From a virus (taxonomy: Duplodnaviria; Caudoviricetes): a DNA stretch of 64,000 nt. This document shows positions 35,736 through 45,736 of the stretch, one piece after another. The translations under genes were made by a program, and so were the position numbers. Below the pieces are notes generated by a model. The model saw nothing but the letters and a program-made list of their open reading frames with translations, was not told the DNA's origin and made no database searches. The stretch is from IMG/VR virus record IMGVR_UViG_3300028653_000015, positions 1 through 64,000 of that record, one strand, 5' to 3'. Numbering within the stretch: position 1 is the stretch's first letter; each line of letters opens with the position of its first letter.

Positions 35736-36197
35736 ATGAAAAGATATGTGTTGGGTTTTGCATTTGATCCTACCCTGTACAAGGTGTTGCTAATTGAGAA
35801 AACCAGACCCGAGTGGCAGGCCGGACGCATGAATGGTGTGGGCGGGCACATAGAAGAGGGCGAACTCTCTTACGAGGCCATGAGGAGAGAGTTCATTGAG
35901 GAGACTAACATTTCGGCAAATATTGACCCAGCCTGGGTACAGTACGCCAAGCTACATGGAGTTGATAAGAGTGGAGAGCTTTGGGAGATAGACATATACC
36001 GAGGGATCATAGACGAGCTCGGTCCTATCGACAGCTACTATGCTACTACAGATGAGGGTGTTGTATCATTGGTGGCAGTTAAATGTCTAAATACCTGTCC
36101 GGTACTTCCAAACCTGTTGTACCTGATACCAATGGCAATCAACAACATAAATGGCACAGACAAGTGCGCATACTTTGACATCGCGGAAGTTAGGTAA
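35736..36197 (+). CDS. Nudix hydrolase
   Basis: Nudix box GGHIEEGELSYEAMRREFIEETN. Confidence 0.9.
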   Translation: MKRYVLGFAFDPTLYKVLLIEKTRPEWQAGRMNGVGGHIEEGELSYEAMRREFIEETNISANIDPAWVQYAKLHGVDKSGELWEIDIYRGIIDELGPIDSYYATTDEGVVSLVAVKCLNTCPVLPNLLYLIPMAINNINGTDKCAYFDIAEVR

Positions 36198-36199
36198 AC

Positions 36200-36937
36200 A
36201 TGGCACAGCTACTGACAGAAGATCTTACATGGTGTGTGAGTAGACTACCAAATCTGCTCAGGAAATTGATTAAGGAAAGGCCAAACCAACTGGTTGTGGC
36301 CGGGGGCTACATAAGGTCCTGCATAGCCAATGAAAAAGTAAACGACATAGATGTCTTCTCTCCAAGTGCAGGAGATGCACAACTGTGCGTGAGCATATTG
36401 AAACTGGCCGGACCCGATGTACTGAAGGTGGTAAAGACCGAGAATGCACTCACCATTTGTACGAAACCGTACCCAGTGCAGTTCGTGCACAAGTGGGTGT
36501 TCGCAAAACCGGAAGATGTAATCCCCAGCTTCGACTTCACCGTGGCTAAAGCAGCCATCTGGTACGATGGAAATAATTGGGTATCCCTGTGCGACGACAG
36601 GTTCTACCTAGACCTAGCTGCCAAGAGATTGGTCTACTGTTGTCCCATTCGAAATGAGTACGCTGGTGGTAGTATGTTGCGGGTGTTGAAGTTCTACCAG
36701 CGTGGCTACAGGATACCGCTAGACAGTATGGGCGCTGTCATAGCTAGACTGGTGCAAGGTGTGGGTATGCGGATGAACAGTACCCCACCAGAAAGCCAAG
36801 AGAAACAACTAGCAAAAGTACTGACAGGACTACTACGAGAAGTAGACCCTAGCGTCGACCCAGAGCACATAGCCCATCTTCCATCCACAGAACAAACTAA
36901 GGAGAGTGATGCCAGCACTAGTGATACCCGGACGTAA
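36200..36937 (+). CDS. Pol-beta superfamily nucleotidyltransferase (CCA/poly(A) polymerase-like head)
   Basis: VAGGYIR ... NDIDVF ... FDFT ... LRVLKF..RGY. Confidence 0.75.
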   Translation: MAQLLTEDLTWCVSRLPNLLRKLIKERPNQLVVAGGYIRSCIANEKVNDIDVFSPSAGDAQLCVSILKLAGPDVLKVVKTENALTICTKPYPVQFVHKWVFAKPEDVIPSFDFTVAKAAIWYDGNNWVSLCDDRFYLDLAAKRLVYCCPIRNEYAGGSMLRVLKFYQRGYRIPLDSMGAVIARLVQGVGMRMNSTPPESQEKQLAKVLTGLLREVDPSVDPEHIAHLPSTEQTKESDASTSDTRT

Positions 36938-37280
36938 AGTTATGGCCACTGTAGAAGGACGTGCTCAACAGATAGCCAAAGAAGACAACAACCGAGTACG
37001 ACGGAAGCAAGAGATTCGTGGAGAAGCAGAGCTCAACTTCTTCCCCGGAGATGGGAAAGCTCAAGTAGACAGCACCAGGGGGTTTAAGTCTTGGATCAAT
37101 GGTCGCAATGGTGGACTTACTGTGGAATCTACTGTTCGTGTCAGTGTGGCCTGTAACCAAGACCCAGAGTCCATAGAGGTTGCTATACAAGAGGCTGGGG
37201 CAGTAGCAGAGGCAATGGCGAAGAAGGGGGCTGAGGAGATGGGAGCATACGTAGATCACTTCGCAGAGGATGTGGGATGA
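36906..37280 (+). CDS. Hypothetical protein (start uncertain)
   Basis: In-operon ORF with AAGGAG upstream. Confidence 0.5.
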   Translation: MMPALVIPGRKVMATVEGRAQQIAKEDNNRVRRKQEIRGEAELNFFPGDGKAQVDSTRGFKSWINGRNGGLTVESTVRVSVACNQDPESIEVAIQEAGAVAEAMAKKGAEEMGAYVDHFAEDVG

Positions 37281-37495
37281 AGACTTGTGCCGTATGCGAT
37301 AATACGTCAGAAGGCAACTACTCCATCCATAGATACGCAATGGATGTAGGTCGAGAAGTGTGGCTCTGTGATGGGTGTGGATCTAAAACAACACCCACAT
37401 GCGGACAGATATGGGATTGGCTGCGCGATAAGAAGTTGCCAAGGTCTGCCTTCGTCAAGAAACCTAGGAAGCCGAAAGCAAAGAAACGCACATGA
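37277..37495 (+). CDS. Small Zn-finger protein
   Basis: CAVC...CDGC; basic tail; ATGA coupling on both sides. Confidence 0.55.
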   Translation: MKTCAVCDNTSEGNYSIHRYAMDVGREVWLCDGCGSKTTPTCGQIWDWLRDKKLPRSAFVKKPRKPKAKKRT

Positions 37496-37845
37496 AAATC
37501 TGTGATGATGCTTGTTTGATCAATGCTCTACATGTAGTGGAGATAGCAATCAGCAATACCACCCCATACGTGGGTGGCAAAGGCATGCTCATGACTGCTA
37601 CCTATGCTCTTGCCATAGGAGATCCTAAGAACCAACAAATACAAAGCACGCACGGTAAGTGCACAGCAACACCACAAAACTGGTCAAAAGAAACACTAGA
37701 AAAACTAGTCGACTTGATCGACTCAATGGAACATGACCTACTACCAAGACACTTCGACAGAAACATCAACAACACACTAAGCAAGGGGATGCAAGATGAG
37801 ACAGGGCCTGAGACTGGAAGACTCGAAGAAACTCCTCAAATTTGA
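37492..37845 (+). CDS. Hypothetical protein
   Basis: ATGA-coupled ORF. Confidence 0.55.
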   Translation: MKICDDACLINALHVVEIAISNTTPYVGGKGMLMTATYALAIGDPKNQQIQSTHGKCTATPQNWSKETLEKLVDLIDSMEHDLLPRHFDRNINNTLSKGMQDETGPETGRLEETPQI

Positions 37846-38938
37846 ACTGGTACGACAGGAGGTCGCTGAGGAACACTATCTCAAGAACCCAGACATCGTA
37901 GTCAAGATGTCTGACTTGAGGATCACACCAGAGCTCCACATGGAAATCCCAAAGTTGGGTACGTTCAGCATGACAGATTGGTCCAAGCATCAGCTCGGTC
38001 AAATCCTGGGAATCCAGTGGAACAAGTGGTTCAATCCTGCCTTTGTCAACCACAGCGTCATTCAGGATGAGTTACAAAAGCGTTTTTCTTGGACCGGCAT
38101 GAGCCAGAAGCTCAGGACCAAGCAGTTCCGACCAGGAACTCCAGGGGTCAAAGGAGCCAACGGTTATCTACGTGCCGTTCTATCCCCAACATACGAGCCC
38201 ATAGATGACGAGAGGATCTTTGATAGGTGCGAACGCAGGTTCACATCTCAGCTCAGTGAGCTGGGCTTCATGAAAAATCACCTAACAAAGCATACACGGT
38301 GGGGTAATGACCACTGCAACTACTACACCATGGTTTCCAAACAGGAGATCAACCTTGGGGAGATTGACAGGAATAATCCCAACCCGGAAGTTCGACGTAT
38401 CTATGACCTGGCGGAAAGAGAAGGCAGACTCCCAGAAGCTGACTACATCTACCCAGGTCTGTCCCTGCGTAACTCAGAAGTAGGATACACAGCTGTCGTC
38501 ATAGATGAGTTCACCTTCCGCCTGGTGTGCTTGAACGGAGCCATCATGTGTGTGGGCGATAGCCGACTCATGTACCGACAACACCGACCCATCGAAGAGG
38601 CTTTTCTGGACAAACAACTGAACGAGGTATTCAGCAAGGTCGACAAGCGATGGCTTCAGACCAAGAATAACCTCCTCATGCTTTCCGGCATTCCCATCAA
38701 AGACCCAGACAATGAGATCCTCCTGCAGTTGACAAAGCTGGAGGCTTCTAAGAAGTTCATCACCGCTGCTCAAGAAGCATACAAACTCGAGCCCTTGGCA
38801 ACCATGTACGGTGTGTTCCAGGCTGTCACACGGGCAGCTCAGAATATCAACGAGGATATGGACAAGCGCTTCGACTTGGAAACTATGGCTGGACGTCTGG
38901 TATCTATGGCTCCAAAGCTTACCGCGTTGGCTGCCTAG
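37796..38938 (+). CDS. DUF932-like protein
   Basis: LRAVLS..Y..ID, LRNSEVG......FRLVCLNG, RH, T.YG..QAVT pattern. Confidence 0.65.
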   Translation: MRQGLRLEDSKKLLKFELVRQEVAEEHYLKNPDIVVKMSDLRITPELHMEIPKLGTFSMTDWSKHQLGQILGIQWNKWFNPAFVNHSVIQDELQKRFSWTGMSQKLRTKQFRPGTPGVKGANGYLRAVLSPTYEPIDDERIFDRCERRFTSQLSELGFMKNHLTKHTRWGNDHCNYYTMVSKQEINLGEIDRNNPNPEVRRIYDLAEREGRLPEADYIYPGLSLRNSEVGYTAVVIDEFTFRLVCLNGAIMCVGDSRLMYRQHRPIEEAFLDKQLNEVFSKVDKRWLQTKNNLLMLSGIPIKDPDNEILLQLTKLEASKKFITAAQEAYKLEPLATMYGVFQAVTRAAQNINEDMDKRFDLETMAGRLVSMAPKLTALAA

Positions 38939-39063
38939 ACCACAACCTGTTGTGGGTGGGGTAGGGGTACACCACAAGCAGTTGGGTTCATCAACACGTC
39001 GTTGACAGCCTCACTGCTTGGGGTACTCTTACCCTTTCCACTTCTGTTGCAAGGAGAGATCAA

Positions 39064-39381
39064 ATGGCAGAACGAGGAAGAGCGTCAGGACCCGGTTCCG
39101 CACTACTGGGACTAACAGAACTGAACAACCGATTCACTGCGCTTCAAAAAGAGTTTGCGGAACTCAGAGATCAACTGAACGTCTTTGAGAATTGGAACTC
39201 TGAGATCAAGACGATGTACGGTAAGATGGTTGGCATTGACACCACAGATGGCAACTCCCGTACTGGTGTTCTTGTGTGGTCAGACCGCTACAATCTATGC
39301 ATAGAGCGGGTAGGTGGAGTTAAAGCGCACAGACAAATCATAAGCAAAGGTGCAATGGTCTCTATAGAGCTAGAGGAGTAA
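39064..39381 (+). CDS. Coiled-coil plus Hfq/Sm-like domain protein
   Basis: C-terminal GKMVGIDTTDGNSRTGVLVWSDRYNLCI...QIISKGAMVSI aligns by eye with the Hfq Sm1/Sm2 motifs; AAGGAG RBS. Confidence 0.55.
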   Translation: MAERGRASGPGSALLGLTELNNRFTALQKEFAELRDQLNVFENWNSEIKTMYGKMVGIDTTDGNSRTGVLVWSDRYNLCIERVGGVKAHRQIISKGAMVSIELEE

Positions 39382-39384
39382 CCT

Positions 39385-40899
39385 ATGGCAGCCAACAAAG
39401 ACATATCCTTGATAGCAAAGATCGCTGACACAGGCGACATCAGAACTGCGTACGATGCTGGTGTACGTGTAGAACGCTTTGCAGATACAGATGCCAGGCT
39501 ACTATGGGACTATGTCTATGGATACTGGAGAAACAAAGCTACCAGTGGTGATGTTCCCACCAGAGAGATGCTTCATGAGGCATTTCCCTCGGTAGACATT
39601 CCACCAGAGAATCGCATAAGCATCAAGTCAGCCGTAGATGAGTTCCTCAAGCACGACACTACAGCAAGACTCAAGAAACTTGGTACGTACATAGACGATT
39701 GGGCTGAAAGACCTGATGAGGCTATTGCGCATTTAGATCGTGAAATCAGAGAGATGCGTAAGATCCGTAGGAGTAGCACTGATATCATTGTCTCTGCTTC
39801 CGGCGAAACCGTAAAGCGTATGTACGAGGCGAACAAGCAGAAGAACGTACTCAGTGGTATCCCCTATCCGTGGAAGATACTGAATGATGAAACTCGAGGT
39901 ATGCAGGATGGAGAGTACATCATCTTCTACGGAAGACCTAAGAGTCTCAAGACTTACCTCGCTCTGTATGTTGCTACGTATGCATACGATTTCGCCAGCT
40001 GCAACATATTGATCTATACCCGCGAGATGTCTCCAGAACAGATGATGGTCAGAAGTGTGTGCTTCCTAATAGGCGCTCCATACGAGGCATGGAAGCACGG
40101 ACGACTGAACGAGATAGCGCATCCACACGGTGGTAATATGGAAGATCATTTCCATGCCACTATGGATACTATGTACGCAGATGAGAAAACCTGCAGTCTA
40201 GAGACTGGCAGAAACAAGAAGCTGATCATTACCAGTGACCGAGAGGACCGCAAGTACGGTGGTGCAATAGGTGGTCTACAGCGTAAGATGGAAGACTTCA
40301 AGCCAGACATGACTGTAGTAGACGCCGTATACCTCATGAAAAATGATCGTGATGGAGTAGGACAACGGTCAGTGAAGTGGGGAGACCAGTCCGCCATATC
40401 CCAAGATCTAAAGGACCTGGCACAAGACACCAAACGAGTAATCCTAGCTACGTTGCAGGCGAATAGGGCCAGTGAAAAACCAGACCAACGAGGACAGTCT
40501 ACAACTAACCTGGCCTACTCAGACTCCTACGCACAGGATACCGACTTGGCCATTGAGATCATAAAGAGGTACGTGGATAAAGAGCACAATGAGCTAGCCC
40601 TTGCTATCACTGCTTCCAGAGAAACAAATATAGCTGGGTTTGCCATTCATGGAAATCCATGCTGCGATTTCAGCATGTTGGAGCGAGAAGTTCGTGATGA
40701 CATGGGTGTCATGAAGAATCCTGATGGCACCAAGGTCATTCAGCCTGTTATCTTCCAGGACCCAAGAGACATCAAACAATTCTTCTGGAAGAATCACATA
40801 CCAAGCGTGTTGCCAAACTACGATGCACCTGAAGAGTCCTCTGGCGATGGAGGACGTAGAATGAAGGGCCCGCCCTCGTTGCATATCCCAGGTAGGTGA
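39385..40899 (+). CDS. dnaB: Replicative helicase, DnaB-like (SF4)
   Basis: GIPYPW..LN..T.G, YGRPKSLKT, REMS, VVDAVYLM, LQANR, SDSYAQDTD. Confidence 0.85.
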   Translation: MAANKDISLIAKIADTGDIRTAYDAGVRVERFADTDARLLWDYVYGYWRNKATSGDVPTREMLHEAFPSVDIPPENRISIKSAVDEFLKHDTTARLKKLGTYIDDWAERPDEAIAHLDREIREMRKIRRSSTDIIVSASGETVKRMYEANKQKNVLSGIPYPWKILNDETRGMQDGEYIIFYGRPKSLKTYLALYVATYAYDFASCNILIYTREMSPEQMMVRSVCFLIGAPYEAWKHGRLNEIAHPHGGNMEDHFHATMDTMYADEKTCSLETGRNKKLIITSDREDRKYGGAIGGLQRKMEDFKPDMTVVDAVYLMKNDRDGVGQRSVKWGDQSAISQDLKDLAQDTKRVILATLQANRASEKPDQRGQSTTNLAYSDSYAQDTDLAIEIIKRYVDKEHNELALAITASRETNIAGFAIHGNPCCDFSMLEREVRDDMGVMKNPDGTKVIQPVIFQDPRDIKQFFWKNHIPSVLPNYDAPEESSGDGGRRMKGPPSLHIPGR

Positions 40900-40902
40900 G
40901 TC

Positions 40903-41970
40903 GTGGCACTACGTGAGGTCGTACTAGAATACGCTACTAAGTATCTGCGGTACGTAAGAACTTCAGGAACGGTTAACGTAGGTGGTCCTTGCCCTTTCCA
41001 TAAGGGAGGGCAAGAACGCACACCATCCTTCTACATCAATACCCAGAATGGGTTGTACTTCTGCCATGCGTGTGGCGAGAAGGGTACGTTCGCGCAGTTC
41101 ATGAAGCTAATGGGGGCTAGTGCTGAGAAGGTAGACCTAGTTCTCGAGCTAGCCAGACAAGAGCAACCGAAGAGACCGCCTAAGGCATCAGACCTTCATG
41201 GTGACCACTACCTGAACGAAAGCTTGTTGGGTGTCTTTGACTATTGCCCCGTAAAGCTGGTAGAAGATGGATTCGATGAGGTACTACTCCACAAAATGGA
41301 TGTGGGGTTTGATAAAGAGTACGAACGGATCACATTTCCTCTCCGCGACTTGTATGGGAATTTGGTGGGGTTTTCAGGAAGAACGGTGACGGATGGTTAC
41401 CCGCGATACTTGGTATACAAGAAAGAAGACCTGAAGAGGTTTTGCTCAGACAGACCAGAGGACATGGCCAAGTATGATTCGTATGACATCAAGAATCATG
41501 AGCATCTGTGGAACATGCACAACGTGTTCCCCAGTCTGTTCTATACCGAGCTGGATACTGTGATAGTGGTTGAGGGATTCAAGGCGTGTCTATGGATGAT
41601 ACAGCATGGGTTCGAGAATACCGTAGCTTTGCAAGGGAGCCGAATGACGGCAAAACAAGAGGCCATACTTTGCAAGTTTGGTGGGAGTGTGCTCTTCTTT
41701 CTAGACAACAACAAGGCAGGAAGGGATGGTACTAATGACGCAGGACCAAGACTAAAGTGTAGAGGACAGCAGTTCAAGGTTTGCTCCTACCCGGACTCTG
41801 TAGAAGAAGGAGCACAGCCAGACAATCTCACACAAGAAGAAATACAGAACAGTCTGGACACAGCAAAAACACTGAATGAATGGAGAACTGAAAATGGAAT
41901 ACTCCCCAAATCGAAGAATCTCAATAGGGCAAAGAATCCATGGGTACATGGCAACGCACAGCACAGGTAA
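40903..41970 (+). CDS. dnaG: DNA primase (CHC2 Zn finger plus TOPRIM)
   Basis: CPFH...PSF...CHAC, RITFP...VGFSGR, VVEGF, FLDNNKAG. Confidence 0.85.
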   Translation: MALREVVLEYATKYLRYVRTSGTVNVGGPCPFHKGGQERTPSFYINTQNGLYFCHACGEKGTFAQFMKLMGASAEKVDLVLELARQEQPKRPPKASDLHGDHYLNESLLGVFDYCPVKLVEDGFDEVLLHKMDVGFDKEYERITFPLRDLYGNLVGFSGRTVTDGYPRYLVYKKEDLKRFCSDRPEDMAKYDSYDIKNHEHLWNMHNVFPSLFYTELDTVIVVEGFKACLWMIQHGFENTVALQGSRMTAKQEAILCKFGGSVLFFLDNNKAGRDGTNDAGPRLKCRGQQFKVCSYPDSVEEGAQPDNLTQEEIQNSLDTAKTLNEWRTENGILPKSKNLNRAKNPWVHGNAQHR

Positions 41971-43039
41971 GAGCAGCGGTTTCAAACGAAGCAGAGGCTC
42001 TTCCCTCAACATCAGGTGGGGTGCTAGGTGGAGGCCGCCGAAGGCACCAGCCACAGCTAAGATCCGACTGATACCAGGGAACTACAAGGGACTGGATGGA
42101 AACGAGTACTCATACTTCCAGTACGTTGAGTTCTACAGCGTGAGGGCCAACAGGAACTTCATCAGTTCCGCTGATTGGAAGATCGATGATGAGGGTAAGC
42201 TCATCAAGGTTGGTGGGAATTGCCTTGGTCAAGATGCAATGGATACGGAGATTGCAGAGGGTATAGACAGGGACCACCGTTCGATCTCTCGTAGACTTAT
42301 GCATGTGTTCAATGCAATACACCTGGCATGGTACCACCTGGTACCAGTAGAACGTGGAGATGGCTCACCAGCCATCTATGAGAATGGCAAGAACAAAGGT
42401 GAGCAGATACTGCAGAAGGTACCTTGTGATGGTCGCAAGTGTGACATGTGCCAAGAAAAACTCCCAAAGACATTTGGCAAGAAGTCACACTGGAGTCTGG
42501 GGTTCAATCACCTCGTGAATCTGTCCGGGTTCATTGACGAGATTGAAAAGGACTGTTCAGAGTGTGGTGGCAAGGGCACCATAGAGAAGGTTACCTACGA
42601 CTGCGGTGGATGTGGCACACCAATCGTTGTGTGTGCTGACTTCGATCTCCGGGATGAGAAGCAGGCAAATGAGTACGACAGGTTGATTGGTAGACCATAC
42701 GTCTGCAAGTGTGGCCTTACTGATATACCTGTGGCTCAGCTTGAGTGCACTGGCTGCAGAGACCCCAAGCCACTGGACATCTTTGACTGTGACATAGAGG
42801 TCAAGAGGCAAGGTGAGGGTACTGCCTCCACAGTACAGGTTGCTCGATGGGTGCCTACCGTGCTTACAGATGAATTGAAGGAAATGGCCAAGCCGTGGAA
42901 CTTCAGTGAGATCTTTGCACCTGACCCATTGAACATACAAGCAGACATCCTGAAGTGCAGGAATCCATATGCTACCGGCGGTGCCGAAGCCGGTAAAGAA
43001 CATGCCCGTGAATACGGTACAGCCGACTACAACAAGTAG
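41894..43039 (+). CDS. Probable ssDNA-binding protein (gp32-like) with several Zn ribbons (start ATG 41894)
   Basis: KIRLIPG and DIEVKRQGEG..T motifs; CSEC, CGGC, CKCG, CTGC; located between primase and polymerase. Confidence 0.55.
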   Translation: MEYSPNRRISIGQRIHGYMATHSTGKSSGFKRSRGSSLNIRWGARWRPPKAPATAKIRLIPGNYKGLDGNEYSYFQYVEFYSVRANRNFISSADWKIDDEGKLIKVGGNCLGQDAMDTEIAEGIDRDHRSISRRLMHVFNAIHLAWYHLVPVERGDGSPAIYENGKNKGEQILQKVPCDGRKCDMCQEKLPKTFGKKSHWSLGFNHLVNLSGFIDEIEKDCSECGGKGTIEKVTYDCGGCGTPIVVCADFDLRDEKQANEYDRLIGRPYVCKCGLTDIPVAQLECTGCRDPKPLDIFDCDIEVKRQGEGTASTVQVARWVPTVLTDELKEMAKPWNFSEIFAPDPLNIQADILKCRNPYATGGAEAGKEHAREYGTADYNK

Positions 43040-43052
43040 TGACTGAGTCTGT

Positions 43053-43094
43053 AGTCCCACCCTCCCTTCTGCCGGGGAGGGTGGGATTTTCTTT
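43053..43094 (+). terminator. Intrinsic terminator
   Basis: AGTCCCACCCTCCC / GGGAGGGTGGGATT stem followed by TTCTTT. Confidence 0.8.
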
Positions 43095-43117
43095 GTAGGC
43101 ACACTCAGGAGAATTCT

Positions 43118-45067
43118 TTGCAGCGCATACTACAGTTGAAACCGCCGGTTACCTACGTGGATAACCCCGAAGAGATGATGAAATTCGTCAAACACGTACA
43201 AGCCACCAAGGAGTGCGCACTAGATACTGAGACGACAGGACTCAACAGGTGGAAAGATCATGTGGTTGTGTGGTCTGCTTGTCCATCTGAAGACGCCCGA
43301 TACTGCTTTACCCGGCCTATGCTTCGCATCTACAACGAGGAGCTAGCCCAAGATACCAGCCTCACCTGGTACTTCACCAACCAAACATTCGATTTCTGCA
43401 TGCTTGCAAATTCTGGTGTCCTACCTCCTATGGGTGACTCCTATTGCACGCTGGCCATGGACTGGCTACACAACGAGAACCGACAAGGACGCCACGGTCT
43501 GAAGGACACCACGCTGGACTACACAGGTGCCGGCATGGAAGAGTTCAATACCGCTTTCCCAGGTCTGAAAGAAGAGAGTACGGAGGTACGCATACTCAGA
43601 GCTCTGGAAGTAGATTTCCGTAGGGCGATCAGTTATGCGTCTGATGATGCGTACGCAACCTTCAGAGTCTTCCATATTCTCCGCGACTTCCTAGACAAGG
43701 AAGAGATGGTTTATGAGAAGTCCTTGTGGGAGTACTTCCAAGAAGTAGAAATGCCATTCACTAGGGTCTTGTTCAATATGATCCGAAGAGGGATTATGAT
43801 TGATACAGGGTACCTAGAAGATCTGAAGCCGCAGCTGCATGGAAATATACAGCTGCTAGAGCGGAAGATTGTGAAGATGGCCGGTAAGGAGCTGAATCTC
43901 AAGAGCACTAAGCAGCTGGCATGGTTGCTCTTTGAGAAACTTGGTCTTAAACCGATCAAAAAGACAAAGAAAGGTGGCAAGCCATCTACGGATGAGGACA
44001 CTCTACAGCGGTACGCTGATGATGGTATAGAGATATGCAAGGAGATCATAAAGCTTCGTAAGCTCTCAAAGTTCAACAGCACCTACGTCGAGGGTCTGTC
44101 CAAGTGGTTAGATCCTGTGGGTCGTGTGCACCCCACACTCACCCAGCACGTGACAGTTACTGGACGGTTGAGCTCTGTAGATCCGAATCTCCAGAATATT
44201 CCGCGACCTGACAACGACGTGTTCCATATCCGTGAAGCATTCATTCCCAAAGAAGGTTATGCCTTCTGCGTCTTTGACTACGAGCAACTGGAGATGAGAA
44301 TACTGGCTCATATTTCTGGTGAGCCTAACATGATCCAAGTGATCAATAACGGGTGGGATATTCACACAGGCACTGCCAGCCTGATGTACAACTACCCGTA
44401 CGAAGAAATCATAGCTGCTGTGAAGAGGAAGAAGTCAGCATCCAAAGAAGGCAGCAACATCAAGCTCACGGAACTCGAGCTAGCGATGTGCTTTGGTAGA
44501 CAAGCCAGTAAGACAATAGGCTTCGGACTGCTGTTTGGTGAGGGGCCGAAGAAGCTGGCCAATACCCTAGGCGTGTCTATACCAGAGGCAAAGAGACTGA
44601 TAGAGAAATACTTCGCACCATATCCCGGTGTTCGAGAGCACATCAACAATGTGCACAGACTGATCAGAGAGGATTGTGTATACCGCACACTTATGGGAAG
44701 GCCCCGTAGATTCCCAGAGATGTCTCAGATAGGTGATAGACCCTATTGGGATTTGACCGGTGGTGAGAAGCTAGTTGTATCGCAGAGTGAGCGTCAATCG
44801 GTCAACTTCGGTACGCAAGGTGGGGCTGCTGACATACTCAAGAGGGCTATGATCTTGTGTGAGTTCGATCCACACCTCCGAGATCTAGGTGTGGAGATGC
44901 TACTTCAGATTCACGATGAGTTGATTTTCGAAGTGCCTATCGAATCCGTACAGGAGGCTATGCCAGCCATCAAACAACTTATGGAGCATCCACTTGGTTA
45001 CGAACTGGCAGTTCCATTGGCTTGTGATGGAGGTTCTGGAAACTCCTGGATGTCCGCGAAAGGCTAG
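43118..45067 (+). CDS. polA: Family A DNA polymerase with 3'-5' exonuclease (no 5'-3' exonuclease domain)
   Basis: ALDTETTG, YASDDA, TGRLSS..PNLQNIP, DYEQLEMRILAH, R..SKTIGFGLLFG, QIHDEL. Confidence 0.95.
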   Translation: MQRILQLKPPVTYVDNPEEMMKFVKHVQATKECALDTETTGLNRWKDHVVVWSACPSEDARYCFTRPMLRIYNEELAQDTSLTWYFTNQTFDFCMLANSGVLPPMGDSYCTLAMDWLHNENRQGRHGLKDTTLDYTGAGMEEFNTAFPGLKEESTEVRILRALEVDFRRAISYASDDAYATFRVFHILRDFLDKEEMVYEKSLWEYFQEVEMPFTRVLFNMIRRGIMIDTGYLEDLKPQLHGNIQLLERKIVKMAGKELNLKSTKQLAWLLFEKLGLKPIKKTKKGGKPSTDEDTLQRYADDGIEICKEIIKLRKLSKFNSTYVEGLSKWLDPVGRVHPTLTQHVTVTGRLSSVDPNLQNIPRPDNDVFHIREAFIPKEGYAFCVFDYEQLEMRILAHISGEPNMIQVINNGWDIHTGTASLMYNYPYEEIIAAVKRKKSASKEGSNIKLTELELAMCFGRQASKTIGFGLLFGEGPKKLANTLGVSIPEAKRLIEKYFAPYPGVREHINNVHRLIREDCVYRTLMGRPRRFPEMSQIGDRPYWDLTGGEKLVVSQSERQSVNFGTQGGAADILKRAMILCEFDPHLRDLGVEMLLQIHDELIFEVPIESVQEAMPAIKQLMEHPLGYELAVPLACDGGSGNSWMSAKG

Positions 45068-45071
45068 AACA

Positions 45072-45260
45072 ATGAACAAAAAGCTAAGTGAGATACAGGC
45101 ATTCGTAAAGGCTGAGATGGCCAAAATAGACACTGACGAAAGGTATCATAACGAACCGGCACTGTTGCAAGTAAATGCACCCCTAACTTTGATCCAGCTT
45201 GAAATGAGTGCCAAGATGTTAATCCTAAAGAAGGTAAAGGCACTTCTAGACCAGCCATGA
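45072..45260 (+). CDS. Small hypothetical protein (start ATG 45072)
   Basis: Fills the gap between polA and HU; ATGA-coupled to HU. Confidence 0.5.
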   Translation: MNKKLSEIQAFVKAEMAKIDTDERYHNEPALLQVNAPLTLIQLEMSAKMLILKKVKALLDQP

Positions 45261-45736
45261 CCTACCAGCAATTGATCGTGCACGTTGCAGAAGGCTCGAG
45301 CTACACAAAGCGTGAACTACGTAAGATCTTACGCCTTGTTAGCTCCGCCATCTGCAACGAGCTTGCTGGTGGTGGAGAGGTTGTGTGGAACGGTCTTGGT
45401 GCACTCAAGAACGTACCTAAAGCCCCACACCTCGTACGCAATGTCTTCACAGGAGAGCACTACAAAACTAAACCTAGTAGACGAGTCAAGTTCACTCCAA
45501 GTGCAAAGGTTAGGAAGCAGGTGAGAGCATCTATACACCTGTTCCAGGAACCTGACTTGGTTCAGCGCTATCTACCAAAGGAGAACAGTGGAAAAATACG
45601 CAGTACAGATAGACCCAACAAAAGTGGACAAGGAGAAGGAGAAGAACGCAGAGAAGGGGAAGACGTTGGACGACCCCAACTGCAATGTACCCCTAGATCC
45701 AATCGAGGGCTCAAAGCCTTTCGAAAAGGAAGCTGA
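45257..45736 (+). CDS. HU/IHF-family DNA-binding protein
   Basis: MTYQQLI..VA...TK.E..., GGEV...GLG.L, RNVFTGE, VKFTPS..VR. Confidence 0.8.
   Translation: MTYQQLIVHVAEGSSYTKRELRKILRLVSSAICNELAGGGEVVWNGLGALKNVPKAPHLVRNVFTGEHYKTKPSRRVKFTPSAKVRKQVRASIHLFQEPDLVQRYLPKENSGKIRSTDRPNKSGQGEGEERREGEDVGRPQLQCTPRSNRGLKAFRKGS

Noticed and set aside
38955-38970. G-quadruplex in the intergenic GGGTGGGGTAGGGG
   Set aside because: Only three G tracts of three or more.
39002-39029. Internal sigma70 promoter TTGACA-N16-TACTCT before the Hfq-like gene
   Set aside because: The 16-nt spacer and weaker -10 differ from the N18 class; plausible but not supportable without TSS data.
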